A stretch of DNA of 64,000 nucleotides from an uncultured delta proteobacterium (GCA_963842085.1 CAWJET010000002.1:1568001-1632000); one strand, 5' to 3'. Counted from the first letter of the stretch, positions 1-10,810 are shown. The notes: generated by a model from the sequence alone, not told the origin. Program-made: numbers and translations.

Positions 1-186
1 GTTTACCTTCGCGGCCGCCGCCTACAACTTGGTGAGGATGCGCAACCTCTTGCCAATCGCCACCTGAAGCGAACACCAGAACCTGTCGGCGCTCCACTGC
101 GCTGGCCCTTAGATGCTCGCTCAATAACACTAACAACTACCCGGAGTGGACAAATTCATAACTAACCGGACTTTTTCCGCAGCCTG
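1..186 (+). mobile_element. Right end of an IS5-family insertion sequence (transposase C-terminus 2..67, right IR 172..186, CTAG target site 187..190)
   Basis: Frame 2 reads FTFAAAAYNLVRMRNLLPIAT*, typical of IS5-family transposase C-termini. The IR TTTTTCCGCAGCCTG is followed by CTAG, and ppk2 coding sequence resumes immediately after. Confidence 0.8.
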
Positions 187-790
187 CTAGAGTCTTCCGG
201 CTCGTTGCGCTGCCGGCGCCGACCGAGCGCGAAAAATCACAGATGTACGTCCAACGGTACATTCCGCATCTACCAGCGGCAGGAGAAGTGGTCATCTTCG
301 ATCGCAGTTGGTACAACCGTGCCGGCGTCGAAAGGATTATGGGATTCTGCCCGGAAAAAGAAGCAGTTCGCTTTCTCGAGATGTGCCCGGAGTTTGAACG
401 CGCGGTGATTCAGAGTGGAATTGTACTTATTAAGTATTGGTTCGAGGTGAGTCAGCAGGAACAGACTAGCCGGTTCCTCGCTCGCATCAACGATGGGCGA
501 AAAATTGGAAACTCAGCCCGATGGACCTCGAGTCACATAGGCGATGGTACGATTATTCCCGGGCGAGAGACGATATGATGCTTGCTACCGACACTCCATT
601 TGCCCCCTGGTACATCGTTAACGCCGACGACAAACGGCGTGCTCGACTGAATTGCATATCTCATCTCCTGAGCTTGATCCCTTATGAGGAGACCACACGA
701 GAACCGGTGAAGCTGCCAAAGAGGCAAAAGCCGCACGGTTATGCCGAGCCAAAGAATCGGCGATACAACATTGTACCCGACGTGTGTTGA
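187..790 (+). pseudogene. ppk2: Polyphosphate kinase 2, 3' part; interrupted by IS5 and frameshifted near 505
   Basis: Reads RVFRLVALPAPTEREKSQMYVQRY...FDRSWYNRAGVE. GRKI(W)KLSPMDLES is split between ORFs 243..578 and 521..790 by a 1-nt loss. Confidence 0.9.
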
Positions 791-819
791 TGGCGATCTG
801 CCGTTGGATTTCCGCGACA

Positions 820-930
820 GTATCTCCGCAACGAAGGTCGGAAACCAGTCGAGTCCGGAGATGATCCCCGTTTCGACCGTGTCAGCGGGCACATGGCCGG
901 GCCAGCGAATCATCGCGGGCGCGCGGAAAC
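820..930 (-). pseudogene. Arylsulfatase fragment
   Basis: GFRAPAMIRWPGHVPADTVETGIISGLDWFPTFVA is a sulfatase C-terminal-half motif; no start codon or remainder of the gene is present. Confidence 0.6.
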
Positions 931-1085
931 CTGTGCTCCGCAAAATTATTCGGAGGGGCGGCCAATAACCTCGCATCGTGAGGTTTTTTGCATCGGGTGA
1001 GGTCCGGGCTGAACAGGCGCGGTCTTGCCTCGAGGCTTGTTCTACTCCTCCGGTCGGCGATGTGAGGTCGCCTCATGATCAACCG

Positions 1086-2282
1086 TGTGTGTGGCGAATT
1101 CCAATTCAGGCAGCAACTGGTGTCTGAAACAAGCCCTTGCAGTGCTGTCGCCAGCGATATGAGTCTAAGCGCACGTGCGGGGGCTGGAGTGCGCCACTCC
1201 GCTGCGCCGGCGTTACTCCTGCCAACCCCGTATGACAGCGATATTGGTTGTAGAACACCTGGTAGTCCTCGAGCTTCCCTTCGAGATCGGTCTGGCTCCA
1301 AAACCAGATCCGATCAAGATACTCGCGCCGGATTGTTCCGATCAGCCGCTCGACGAAAGCATGCGAACGGGGCGTTGCGGGAATGGTCTTGATCTCATCG
1401 ACTTCGAGCACCCGAAGGTTCGCTCGCCAGCGATGAAAGCGAAACAGCGGATCATGGTCCGAGGATAGATACCTGGGCATAGTCTGCCGGGCGATCGCGC
1501 GATTGAACATCCGGCAGACTCGGATGCCATCGAGATTGGCAGGCGCTACGCCGAAGCCGACGATCCGACGGGTGTATACGTCCATCACCACCATGACCCA
1601 ATAGCTCTTGAGCAAAAGTGATTCAGTGCGGAAGAGATCGACACTCCACAGACGGTCTCTGGCCTGTCCGATTACCGAGAGCCAGGACGGGCCACCGCCG
1701 TCAGGTCCCGGTCGATAGTATCGGATCAGAATACGCCGGACGACGTCCTTGTTGAGTCGATGCCAAAGGCATTCGAGATCTGCTCGGCGATCTTGCGGCA
1801 GCCGAAGTATGGGTTGCGCCGTTTCATGTCGACTACCGCGGCGATCAGCTCTCTGGACGGACCCTTGGGTCCGGGGCGACCGCATCGTCTGGAGCTGTAA
1901 AGCAGACGATATTTGCGCTTGACCAAAGCTTGATGAAGGCGCAGGAGGGTCGAGGTCTTCAGGATCACGGAGATTTTGCCCCAGCGTCTGGGCGACACCA
2001 GCAGCGTACAGAATCCAAGAATCACTCGATCCCACGCGGTCAGATTCGGACTCCGGCGCTGCGAGCGCTTCATGATCAGCAACTGGTGTTTGACGGCTAG
2101 CGATTCAGCCGCGACCGCCCGAACCCCGCCGGGACGGGCGAGCCGCGCGAGAGTGACCAGCAGGTGCGCGATCAGAATAAACAGCAACCTCATCGGGAAC
2201 CGAGCTTTAGCCCGTTCCGACCGTTCCGCAAGTCTGCACAGCAGCTCGGTCTTTCGTCAGAATTACCAATTCGCCACACACA
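1086..2282 (-). mobile_element. IS481-like element with an rve/integrase-core transposase
   Basis: Perfect 15-bp terminal IRs TGTGTGTGGCGAATT (1086..1100) and AATTCGCCACACACA (2268..2282), with TGT...ACA ends, enclose the transposase. Confidence 0.75.
1106..2193 (-). pseudogene. Integrase-core-domain transposase, frameshifted near 1757
   Basis: The N-part 1726..2193 (GRPGPKGP..NPYFGCRKIAEQI) and the DDE part (WSVDLF, SDHDPLF, FVERLIGTIRRE) lie in different frames. Confidence 0.85.
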
Positions 2283-2679
2283 GGTTGACACCCATACGGC
2301 GGTTGACAAGCGGCGGTTGACGGTCCGTCTCGGTTGACGGGACAATAATAAAACAATGTTCGGAAGAGTGCGTCTAACCGGCCGATGGTCTGGAAGCCGG
2401 CGAACTCTTCCATCATTCCTTTCACACCCGAAGAAGTCCTGCGAGTCGCTACTGCTCCATAGAACTGCTTTTTTGCGCAAGGGCCAATTGCAATGTCGTG
2501 ATTGCATCGGGCTGCGGTGAACGCCGTGCCTAGATTGCTCCTGTCGGCCCGATAGAAAGATACCATTGTTTCCTCTCGCTGGCCTGCTCCCCAATTTCCC
2601 GCCAGTTATAAGTAGAGTCCGCCGGTTATTTCGCCCCTCCTGGGGCGCGTCGTTGGTGGTTTTGGTTTCATGTTCATCC

Positions 2680-2726
2680 CAGTTTTTCCGGCCGCCCTTC
2701 ACTCTCTGAGGGCGGCCGAAAAACTG
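2680..2726. repeat. Strong inverted repeat/hairpin at the distal end of the IS3 element
   Basis: CAGTTTTT(C)CGGCCGCCCT-10 nt-AGGGCGGCCG-AAAAACTG forms an 18-bp stem with one bulge. Confidence 0.7.
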
Positions 2727-3623
2727 TCAGGTTTTGGATCCGAGGCCGGCGCGCCTTGCACCGCGCCGGCCAGCGCTTGGGCTGGCCAAGTGGTGCGCGC
2801 GATGGCCGAGCTCCCTTGATTCCTTGCCGCGAACTCCTCCAGCGCCAGGTAGCCGAGACTCGAGTGCGGGCGCAGATGGTTGTAGTCGTGCCGCCACGCC
2901 TCGATGATCGTGCGCGCTTCCCCGAGGCTGCTGAACACGTACTCGTTAAGGCACTCGTCGCGCAACTTGCTATTGAATGATTCGATGAAGGCGTTCTGCA
3001 CTGGTTTGCCCGGCTCGATGTAGTGCCACGCCACCCTGCTCGTTGCCCAGCGCAACACCGCACCACTAGTCAGTTCGGTTCCATTGTCGCTTACTACCGT
3101 CGCCGGTGTGGCTCGCTCGACCGCGAGCCTTCCAGTTCGCGCACCACGCGTACTCCGCCTAGCGAGGTGTCGACCACCGCCGCCAGGCACTCGCGGCTGA
3201 AGTCGTCGACGATGCACAGGATGCGGAAGCGGCGGCCGTCGCTCAAGGTGTCGGAGACGAAGTCGAGCGACCAGCGCTGGTTGATCGCACTCGGCAGGGT
3301 CATCGGTGCTCGCGTACCTAGTGCCCGCTTTCGCCCTCGACGCCGGCGCACCATCAGCCGCTCTTCCCGGTACAGTCGATAGAGCTTCTTGTGGTTCAGC
3401 GCGTGGCCTTCGCGCGCCAACATCCAGCCTAAGCGCCGGTACCCGAAGCGCCGCCGCTCCGCGGCCAGTTCCCGCAGTCGTTGCCTCAATGCCGAGTCGT
3501 CCGGTCGTCTGCACCGGTAGCGTAGAGTCGAACGATCCAACCCCACCAGCTCGCACGCGTGTCGCTGACTCAGCCCGTGACGCTCCATTACCCGATTCAC
3601 TGCTACTCGCCGCGCCGCGGGCT
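2699..3623 (-). pseudogene. IS3-family transposase OrfB with an extra frameshift near 3125
   Basis: RRFGYRRL and WSLDFVSD are in one frame; SDNGTEL and PVQNAFIESFNSKLRDECL are in another. Confidence 0.85.
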
Positions 3624-3890
3624 TCAGACGTTTTTTCCGAGCAGGTCCTTGAGCGCTGCGTTGTCCAACAGCGAGTCGGCCAACAGTCGCTTCAGGCGGC
3701 GGTTCTCATCCTCCAGCGCCTTCAGCCGCCTGGCGTCCGAGACCTCCAGCCCGCCGTACTTCGACTTCCACTTGTAAAAGGTCGCGCTCGAGATCCCGTG
3801 CCGCCGGCACACCTCTTCGGTCCTTGCCCCGGCCTCTTGCTCCCGCAGTACCCCGATGATCTGCTCCTCCGTGAAGCGGCTTCCTTTCAT
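3624..3890 (-). CDS. IS3-family transposase OrfA
   Basis: MKGSRFTEEQIIGVLRE...VCRRHGISSATFYKWKSKYGG...LEDENRRLKRLL. Confidence 0.95.
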   Translation of the reverse strand: MKGSRFTEEQIIGVLREQEAGARTEEVCRRHGISSATFYKWKSKYGGLEVSDARRLKALEDENRRLKRLLADSLLDNAALKDLLGKNV

Positions 3891-4043
3891 TGCCCGTCTC
3901 CTTTTCAGGCGACGGACTCTACCTCATTTCGGCGGAGTTTTCGGGGTGCAGGCCATCGCCACTGGAAGAGTCGAGCGAATCTGTATCGCAGCAAATCACC
4001 CAAGCCTTGAGGGATAGGTTGGCACCTCGCTTGCTGTTGCTTT

Positions 4044-4586
4044 CTAGGGCTGCGACTGGAACACCGCCTTCCCGGTCGTCAGATCGACCGGCACCGAAAC
4101 GTGCTCGTGCGCGATCAGCCACTCGCCTCCGAAATTCGCATAGCCATCGGTGACGCGAAAAATCATGTCGAGTTTCTTATCCTGCCGATTGGTGCAGCTG
4201 AAATGCTGGATGCTATGGCTGTAAGCGAATCGGTTGCCTCCATATGTCTCAAGTTCACTGATCTCAAAGTTTGGGTTGTCTTTGCACTCGGCTAGGAACT
4301 TCCTCCAATCTTCTTTGTAAGCTTTCCAGCCGGTGTACTCGCGCGGTGGAATAACATCAAAAACGACAAGGTTCTCGCTCACCGCGTAATGCGACATGAT
4401 CTTGTCGATGTCTTTGTCTCTCACAGCCCTTGCAAAACTATCTTCCAACGACCGGATCGCACCTTGCACATCAGTGGCTGACACTTCCGTGCGGCTCGCG
4501 AGTACCAATAGCAGGATGCCGATCACTGTCGCTACAATCTTTGCTATGAGTTTAGACACTTTAGCTCCTCCTCGCTTGAATGCCAT
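4044..4586 (-). CDS. Exported SnoaL-like/NTF2-fold (DUF4440) protein
   Basis: N-terminal hydrophobic signal; VFDVIPPREYTG, RVTDGY, WLIAHEHVSVPVD motifs. Confidence 0.8.
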   Translation of the reverse strand: MAFKRGGAKVSKLIAKIVATVIGILLLVLASRTEVSATDVQGAIRSLEDSFARAVRDKDIDKIMSHYAVSENLVVFDVIPPREYTGWKAYKEDWRKFLAECKDNPNFEISELETYGGNRFAYSHSIQHFSCTNRQDKKLDMIFRVTDGYANFGGEWLIAHEHVSVPVDLTTGKAVFQSQP

Positions 4587-4760
4587 TTCATTCAGTCAAA
4601 CACGAGCCGCCTAGCTATTTCGACAGCTCTGTCGAGGGCGGCCGTTGAATTCTCGTCGAAGTCGATGGCACAGAGAATCGTTTTGCACGGAAAAGCCATC
4701 GTAAATTACCTCAGGTCCGGTCTTACCGTGATGGTTTAACCTTCGCCGGGCCCAAGCTCT

Positions 4761-5213
4761 CTATTTCTCCTGCATCGTCTCGATGTAACGGGCGAAAGCC
4801 TCGACACGCTTTCTCACTGCCGCATCACTCTGCGGCGAGAACTCTGCGCCCGGCTTCTGCATGGTAACGCCCCAGAAGGGCATCTGGATTCGCTCGTGCC
4901 CGGGAATGTCGCGGCGACCATCGATGACCTCAACCACCTGCTCAAAGGGAAATCGGCCACCGTTCTTCTTCGCAAGTTGCGTAATATCCGGCATTTTCGT
5001 CGACACGAGCAAGCCCGCATCTTCACCGTTGCCTTTGCCAGTGAGTCCGTGGCAATCCGCACAGCGTTGGTCGTAATCCTGTTTGGCAGACTGGGCTTTA
5101 GCCGGCCGCACTCCAGCGACTAGTATAAGGGCCAGGGAGAATGCGATCGCGAGCGTCGAAACGGCGCCCCGGTGAGCGCCACCCCGCAAAGATAAAATCG
5201 AGTTAGTCTTCAT
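4761..5213 (-). CDS. Monoheme c-type cytochrome
   Basis: Signal peptide, CADCH heme motif, distal MPFWG. Confidence 0.85.
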   Translation of the reverse strand: MKTNSILSLRGGAHRGAVSTLAIAFSLALILVAGVRPAKAQSAKQDYDQRCADCHGLTGKGNGEDAGLLVSTKMPDITQLAKKNGGRFPFEQVVEVIDGRRDIPGHERIQMPFWGVTMQKPGAEFSPQSDAAVRKRVEAFARYIETMQEK

Positions 5214-5247
5214 TCGGTGAGCTCTCCCGTCCGCTGAAATTCCGGAA

Positions 5248-6879
5248 TCACGATCGCCGGATCGGGTTCTCCATGGCGTTCCACCATCCTCCGCCGAGCG
5301 CGACCAGAAGTGCACCGGTGTCCTGAAAGCGTTGGCCCATCGCCTGAATATAGCCGAGTTGCGCTTGCTGAAATTGGTAGTCCGCGATCAGCACCTGCAG
5401 ATAATTCACCGTCCCCGCCTGGTAGTTCGCCGCTATCAAGTGCAACGCTTCCGCCGCTGCGCGGAGGGCGTGGGATTGCGCCTCGACCGTTTGAGCGTCG
5501 TGTTCTAGCAGGTTGCGGAAAAAGGGTTTTTGACTCCTGATGACATTGATCCAAGACGCATTCTCGTGATCGTAGTAATGCTTACTCTTCGCCGAAATCG
5601 TCTTTCATTGAGTTTTTCCGCAACCTGCTAGAGCATCAAGAGCATCTGCCACTTGCGCGAAGGCCGCAAGAACGGTCTGCCGATAGTTCGCGAGCGCCTG
5701 CCGATATGCGTCGATAGCGGCTTTCCGCTGATACCATAGAGTAGGTCCCTGAATCACAGGTGTGGCGAGACTGGCGCCGAGCGTCCAGAATGCCGCACTG
5801 CTTCCGAACAGGGTTGAGAGAGATGTGCTGTTCAATCCGTAGTTGGCATTCAGGGAGAAACTCGGAAACAGCGCTGCCGTCGCCACTCCGATCTGGGCGC
5901 TGGCGACATGGAGCTGTGCCTCAGCCACGAGGATATCCGGACGCTGCCGAACCAGATCGCTGGGCAGGCTGACGGGCACATCATCGGGAAGCGTCAGCTC
6001 AGCAAAAGTGACTCGCGGCGGCGCCCAATCGCCCGACTCCACGCCGGCCAACGTCGCGAGCAGGTGCCGTGTGTGCGCCAATTGCTGGCGAAGAGGCGGC
6101 ATCGTTGCTTGAGTCGTTGCCAGCTCGCTCTGAATGCTGAGTAGATTGGAGTAAGGAACGACACCAGCTTCGGCTTGCGCCCCCGTGATGCTGGTCTGCT
6201 CCCGCAGAAATCCGATGATCTGTTGCGTCGCGTCGATCTCGGCCTCGTACGCTGCCTCTGCTACGATCGCGTTGACGACGTTGCCCGACAAGGTGAGATA
6301 AGTGCCTTCGGCGGTGTAGTACTGGACATCTACCTGCGCACCAAGGCTTTCAACAGTGCGCCGCTCGCCGCCAAACACGTCGAGCACGTAGGTTGCAGTC
6401 GTTGAGAGCGTGTATAGACTGAAGATGCTGGTCTCGATGTTCTCACCGAAGCGCGCGGGCGAAAACTGTTGGCGCGTCGGCTGGAAGCCGGCACTAATCT
6501 GAGGGAAGAAGATTCCATAGCCCGCACGAAGATTATCCTGACTCTGGCGCAAGCTCGCTTGGGCGGCTTGCAGACTAGGGTTGTTGGCGATGGACTCCAT
6601 CACAACCGCGTCCAGCTTGGGGCAGTTGAATAGTCGCCACCAGTCCGCGGCGATTTCCGCACCGCGGCTGAAGTGCTGTACTGTTTCGTCTGCCGCGATC
6701 GTGCCTGTCGGGTCCTCCTGATAGTTGTACGTCATCGTCGGCCTGGGCGTGGGGGGACGCACGAAATTCGGACCGACTGCGCACGCCGCAAGGCCGCAGG
6801 AAAGCATCATCGCGCCGATAGCTATCGACAATCGAGGTTGGCAACTCGCGACGAAGCTATTTTTCCGCCACGTACACAT
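5248..6879 (-). pseudogene. NodT/TolC-family outer-membrane efflux lipoprotein interrupted by a MITE
   Basis: Lipobox LAAC-AVGPNF, WWRLF, RQRPDILVAEAQL. Removing 5509..5631 restores ...ADALDAL-EHDAQTVEAQ...HLIAANYQAG in frame. Confidence 0.9.
5509..5627. mobile_element. 119-bp non-autonomous MITE, copy 1
   Basis: 15-bp perfect TIRs CAGGTTGCGGAAAAA/TTTTTCCGCAACCTG; CTAG duplicated at 5505..5508 and 5628..5631. Confidence 0.95.
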
Positions 6880-7801
6880 CGACCAACTGACCCGGATAGA
6901 CCGGAAGTTTGTCCGATTTTGCGAAACGGAAGATCACCGGCAACACGCGTACATCGACTCTTTCGAGTCGCTCATCCGACAATTCAATCTTGGGCGACAC
7001 GTAAGGCTGCACTCTCACGTATTGGAGTGGAACGCTGATGTTGGTACCGCGAATGAACATACGGGCTTCCATCTGCGATCCCAGCTTGAGCCTGTGAACA
7101 AGGATTTCGTCGACATAACAACGTACGCTGACGTAGTCTTCTGATGATCCCATGACGATGATGGGGTCGAAGCTCTGCGTGTAAGTATCGTACGTGCCTT
7201 GGGAAGTAACCGCATAGCTGCCAACTGCCGCCCGAATCGCCAGAACCTTGCCATCGGCCGGCGCCTTGATAGCGTACCAGGCAAGGAGGGCCTTGGCCGA
7301 GTTATAGTTCTTCTCATTAACCTCGAGGTTGGCTTTCGCCACCTTGGCCGCGTTTATCGTGTCGTCCAGGGTGTACTTGCTTACCGACTTAGGCTCTAAC
7401 CGGTAGGAGTACTCCTGCTTCGCGAGTTCGTCCTGGGCGTTCTTGAGTTGCGCACGTGCGTACGCGACTTGGGCCTTGGAAGCCTCCACGGTCGCCTTCT
7501 GGACTGAGTCATCAAAGCGCACGAGGATGGTTCCCCTACGGACCAATTGGCCTTCTTGGACAGGAATGTCCACGATGGTGCCCGACACGTTTGGATAGAT
7601 ATTTATGTTGGCGCCGCTGTCCTGGTAGCTTTCGACGATGCCCTCGGCGTACACGCCCTTGGCGTAGGGATCGGTTGCAGGATTAAACGCCGGCGGCTGT
7701 GGAGCAGCATGTAACCCATACACGTAGGCTCCGATCAAGCCGATAGTCAGTCCAAAGAAAGCGAGCAGCAATTCAGGCCTGGGCTTCATACGCTGCTCCA
7801 T
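6857..7801 (-). CDS. HlyD/DevB-family membrane fusion (periplasmic adaptor) protein
   Basis: N-terminal TM, lipoyl-like halves (VSGTIVDIPVQEGQLV; IKAPADGKVL), ERVDVRVLPVI. Confidence 0.85.
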   Translation of the reverse strand: MEQRMKPRPELLLAFFGLTIGLIGAYVYGLHAAPQPPAFNPATDPYAKGVYAEGIVESYQDSGANINIYPNVSGTIVDIPVQEGQLVRRGTILVRFDDSVQKATVEASKAQVAYARAQLKNAQDELAKQEYSYRLEPKSVSKYTLDDTINAAKVAKANLEVNEKNYNSAKALLAWYAIKAPADGKVLAIRAAVGSYAVTSQGTYDTYTQSFDPIIVMGSSEDYVSVRCYVDEILVHRLKLGSQMEARMFIRGTNISVPLQYVRVQPYVSPKIELSDERLERVDVRVLPVIFRFAKSDKLPVYPGQLVDVYVAEK

Positions 7802-8483
7802 GCTCGAAACCGGTTATCCGACCGTCTTCCATTCCCATAATTCTATCGCTGTACTCAAAAATTCGGCTGTCGTGCGTGACGATCAGCAGGCAGTGCTCGG
7901 CCGTCAGGATGTTCTCCTTGACGAACGAAACGATCATGCGTCCGGTCTCTCCGTCGAGCGAGGCGGTCGGCTCATCGAAGACAAGGATCCGCGGTCGATG
8001 GACAATCGCGCGAGCGATTGCGACACGCTGCTGCTCTCCGCCACTGAGTTTGTTCGGCGGAAGCTCACCCTTGCCGCTTAGGCCTACGATTTCCAGACAT
8101 CGGTCGGCGGCATCCAGCGCCACTTTCCAGCTTCGCTTCTGCAGGATCAGCGGAATCGCCACGTTCTCCGCGGTCGTCAGGCGCGGGAACAGGTGATAGT
8201 CCTGAAATACAAACCCGATCGTATTCAGGCGGAAGTCAGCGATCTCATCGTCGGACAAGCTCCAGAGATCGCGCCCGTCGACCTCGACCGAACCGGAATT
8301 AGGTCGCAGAATTCCGGACAGCATACTGAGCAGCGTCGTCTTGCCGCTGCCCGAAGGCCCCACAACATACAACATCTCTCCCCAATAGGCCTCGAAACTC
8401 GCTTCTTTGACTGCGTAGGTTCGGGCCTCGCCTTCGCCGAACCATTTGTTGAGCTTATTCGCCACAATTGCCGCCCTGGGCAT
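7773..8483 (-). CDS. ABC transporter ATP-binding protein (DevA/LolD/MacB type)
   Basis: GPSGSGKT, GFVFQ, LSGGEQQRVAIARA, DEPT, VTHD. Confidence 0.95.
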   Translation of the reverse strand: MPRAAIVANKLNKWFGEGEARTYAVKEASFEAYWGEMLYVVGPSGSGKTTLLSMLSGILRPNSGSVEVDGRDLWSLSDDEIADFRLNTIGFVFQDYHLFPRLTTAENVAIPLILQKRSWKVALDAADRCLEIVGLSGKGELPPNKLSGGEQQRVAIARAIVHRPRILVFDEPTASLDGETGRMIVSFVKENILTAEHCLLIVTHDSRIFEYSDRIMGMEDGRITGFEHGAAYEAQA

Positions 8484-8484
8484 G

Positions 8485-9624
8485 TCAGCCTCGAAAGATA
8501 TCGAACGGTTCGATTTTCAGCACGCGGCGCACGCCGGCATAGCCCGAGACACTTGCAATTATTAGTACCAGGCAAAAGGCAAGCCCCAGGTTGGCGTAGG
8601 TAACGCGAGAGGCGTACTCGGGCAGCCGGAACTTTGCGGCACCTATCAAGAGCGTCGCCAGCCCGATTCCCAGTCCGTAACCGACCAGCGCGGTAAAACC
8701 GGCCTGGAAAAGAATCACGTAGACCAACTCACGGCCCTTGGCGCCCATAGCTTTGAGCGCGCCGAAGTGTTCGAGGTTTTCGATAATGAAGGTGTAGAAA
8801 GTCTGACCGCAGATTGAGAGGCCCACCAGAAAGCTTATCACCGTCATCAGCAATGTGTTGGTGCCGATGCCGGTCTTGTATATGAGGTAGTTCTCGATTC
8901 CGTCCTGGAACTCGGTGTTCGTTTGTGCCAGATAGCCGAGCCGCGCAACCTGCTCTGTAATGTAAGGGATGTCAGAATCAGATTTTGGTTGCACCAAGAC
9001 ATATGAGGTGGTGAAGCGCATCGATGGTATGTACTGAATCGCCCTGTTGTAGGTGGTATAGAGCGTCGGAGTGCCGAACAGTGCCCCAGTGGCGACTCTC
9101 GCGATCCCGACAATGACTCCGCGATGGTCGTTCAGTTCGAATTCCGTCCCAAGCGTTGGATTTCCGAGCTTGGGGAATTCCTCGTCCTTCACGGCGATGA
9201 ATCCGTTCTCGGCAAAGATGTCGTCGATGTTGCCCTGGATCAGTTCCGGCCGTCCGAGCAAGCTTGTGTCATCAAGTCCGATCACCGTAGCGGACTGATA
9301 CGTACCGTCGTGTAGCTTCAGCAAAGCGGAACCCACGTAAAGAGGAACCGCGTAGTCGACACCGTCGATGCTGCGGACCGCATCGAGCACGTAGTCCGGC
9401 ATCGGAATGCTGCCGAAGACGGAATTCGTTGCGGCGGGATCCATGACCCGGATCTTCGCACCGATATTGATGACCGTGGCGGATGCTTTGGTCAGAATGC
9501 CAGCGAAGGAGGACGTCATCTGGACGATGAGGAAAACCGAAAAGGTGGTCCCGACCAGCAGCGCGGTGTACTTGCCTTTGTCTTTGACCAAAAGCTTGTA
9601 TGCGAGGATCAGGAGTTCCTTCAT
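8485..9624 (-). CDS. ABC transporter permease (DevC/FtsX-MacB family)
   Basis: One N-terminal TM, a periplasmic domain, three C-terminal TMs with FGALKAMGA, ending IEPFDIFRG. Confidence 0.9.
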   Translation of the reverse strand: MKELLILAYKLLVKDKGKYTALLVGTTFSVFLIVQMTSSFAGILTKASATVINIGAKIRVMDPAATNSVFGSIPMPDYVLDAVRSIDGVDYAVPLYVGSALLKLHDGTYQSATVIGLDDTSLLGRPELIQGNIDDIFAENGFIAVKDEEFPKLGNPTLGTEFELNDHRGVIVGIARVATGALFGTPTLYTTYNRAIQYIPSMRFTTSYVLVQPKSDSDIPYITEQVARLGYLAQTNTEFQDGIENYLIYKTGIGTNTLLMTVISFLVGLSICGQTFYTFIIENLEHFGALKAMGAKGRELVYVILFQAGFTALVGYGLGIGLATLLIGAAKFRLPEYASRVTYANLGLAFCLVLIIASVSGYAGVRRVLKIEPFDIFRG

Positions 9625-9939
9625 CGCCGTTCTTCCTATGTTTTTTAGTTGTGCAAGAAGCATGCGAGTTTCGGCACCGTTGCACGCAGAGATTGACAGG
9701 ATCATGCGACTTGAACTGTATCCAAACGCACCAATGGAGCGTTTCTGTGATTCCTTTCGGTTTGCTTACTCGGTCGTATTGCGAGAATCCCAATTGACCA
9801 CGAGTCTCAAAGGCTTAGCAGAGGCTAGGTGCAGCTCCCCAACTGGGGCGGGCAGTCGCTGCTCGTTTCCAATTCCGTTCCGAGCGACACCTCGAAGGGG
9901 ATTCGGAACAACGTTTGAATCTCCGACCATTTGTCAACC

Positions 9940-10352
9940 TATGTGGGCCCAAAGGTCCCTCCAGCGACCTGATTGCTGCGGTCATCGAGATGAAACAGCG
10001 CAACCCGCGCTTGGGCTGCCGGAAGATTGCCGAGCAAATCTCCAGTGCATTCGGCCTCGAGGTCAACAAGGATCTGGTCCGGCGCATACTCATCCGCTAC
10101 TATCGACCCGCGCGAACTGGGTGTGCTGGGAATGGACTTGATCTCGTCGATCTCAAGGACCCGAAGGTTCGCCAGCCAGCGCTGAAAAACCGACATCGCT
10201 GCCACACAGGATTGGCCGGAATCACGCCGGCTCAGCGCAGCGGCCATGCTGCCCATTCTATGGCAAACCTTGCCTCATACCGCTGGCGAAAACACTGCAA
10301 CGGCCTCTTTCAGACTCCGGCCGCCGCTTGAGTTGTATTTCGCCACGGACAG
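9940..10352 (+). pseudogene. Deleted and rearranged remnant of the same IS481-like transposase family as 1106..2193
   Basis: GPKGPSSDLIAAVIEMKQRNPRLGCRKIAEQI and SYRWRKHCNGLFQTPAAA*, followed by an IR-like TTTCGCCACGGACA. Confidence 0.8.
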
Positions 10353-10414
10353 CCGGCCGATTGCAAATTGGCCGGCCTCGTCGTAACTGAAAGCCGGAGT
10401 TTGGAAAATTCAGT

Positions 10415-10810
10415 ATGGAAGAAAAAACTTTCGTTGCTCTTCTGCTCGGCGTTGCCATACTCAACTTCAGTTCGATCGCGCGCTGCCAGCAGACCGGAAA
10501 ACACGACTACCAAACGCTCTGCGCTGCCTGTCACGGATTAACCGGGACCGGACAAGGACGCGACCTGGTCGAGGCGAATCCGCCCGATCTCACACAGCTC
10601 AGCCGAAACAATGGCGGGAAGTTTCCGTTCGATGCGGTCTACCGGACGATCGATGGCCGCGACATGAAGGGATCGCACAAGCGCTTAGCGATGCCGTTCT
10701 GGGGCGAGTATCTCCAGAAGGAGGGCGGGTCCACCCGTCAGAACGACGCCGCGGTGAAACAGCGAATCACAGACATCGTTCGTTATGTGGAAACATTGCA
10801 GAAGAAGTAG
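10415..10810 (+). CDS. Monoheme c-type cytochrome, paralog of 4761..5213
   Basis: Signal peptide, CAACH, PDLTQL..NGGKFPF..IDGR..MPFWG. Confidence 0.85.
   Translation: MEEKTFVALLLGVAILNFSSIARCQQTGKHDYQTLCAACHGLTGTGQGRDLVEANPPDLTQLSRNNGGKFPFDAVYRTIDGRDMKGSHKRLAMPFWGEYLQKEGGSTRQNDAAVKQRITDIVRYVETLQKK

Larger units (their letters stand above)
2699..3955 (-). mobile_element. IS3-family (IS407-group-like) element; right end not resolved
   Basis: orfA/orfB arrangement with an A6C slippery site at 3630..3636; the left end begins TGGCCTGCACCCCGAAAACTCC at 3955. Confidence 0.85.

Noticed and set aside
4020-4034. Perfect sigma54 motif TGGCAC-CTCGC-TTGC on +
   Set aside because: It points into the 3' end of an opposite-strand gene with no sense ORF downstream; orphan or chance.
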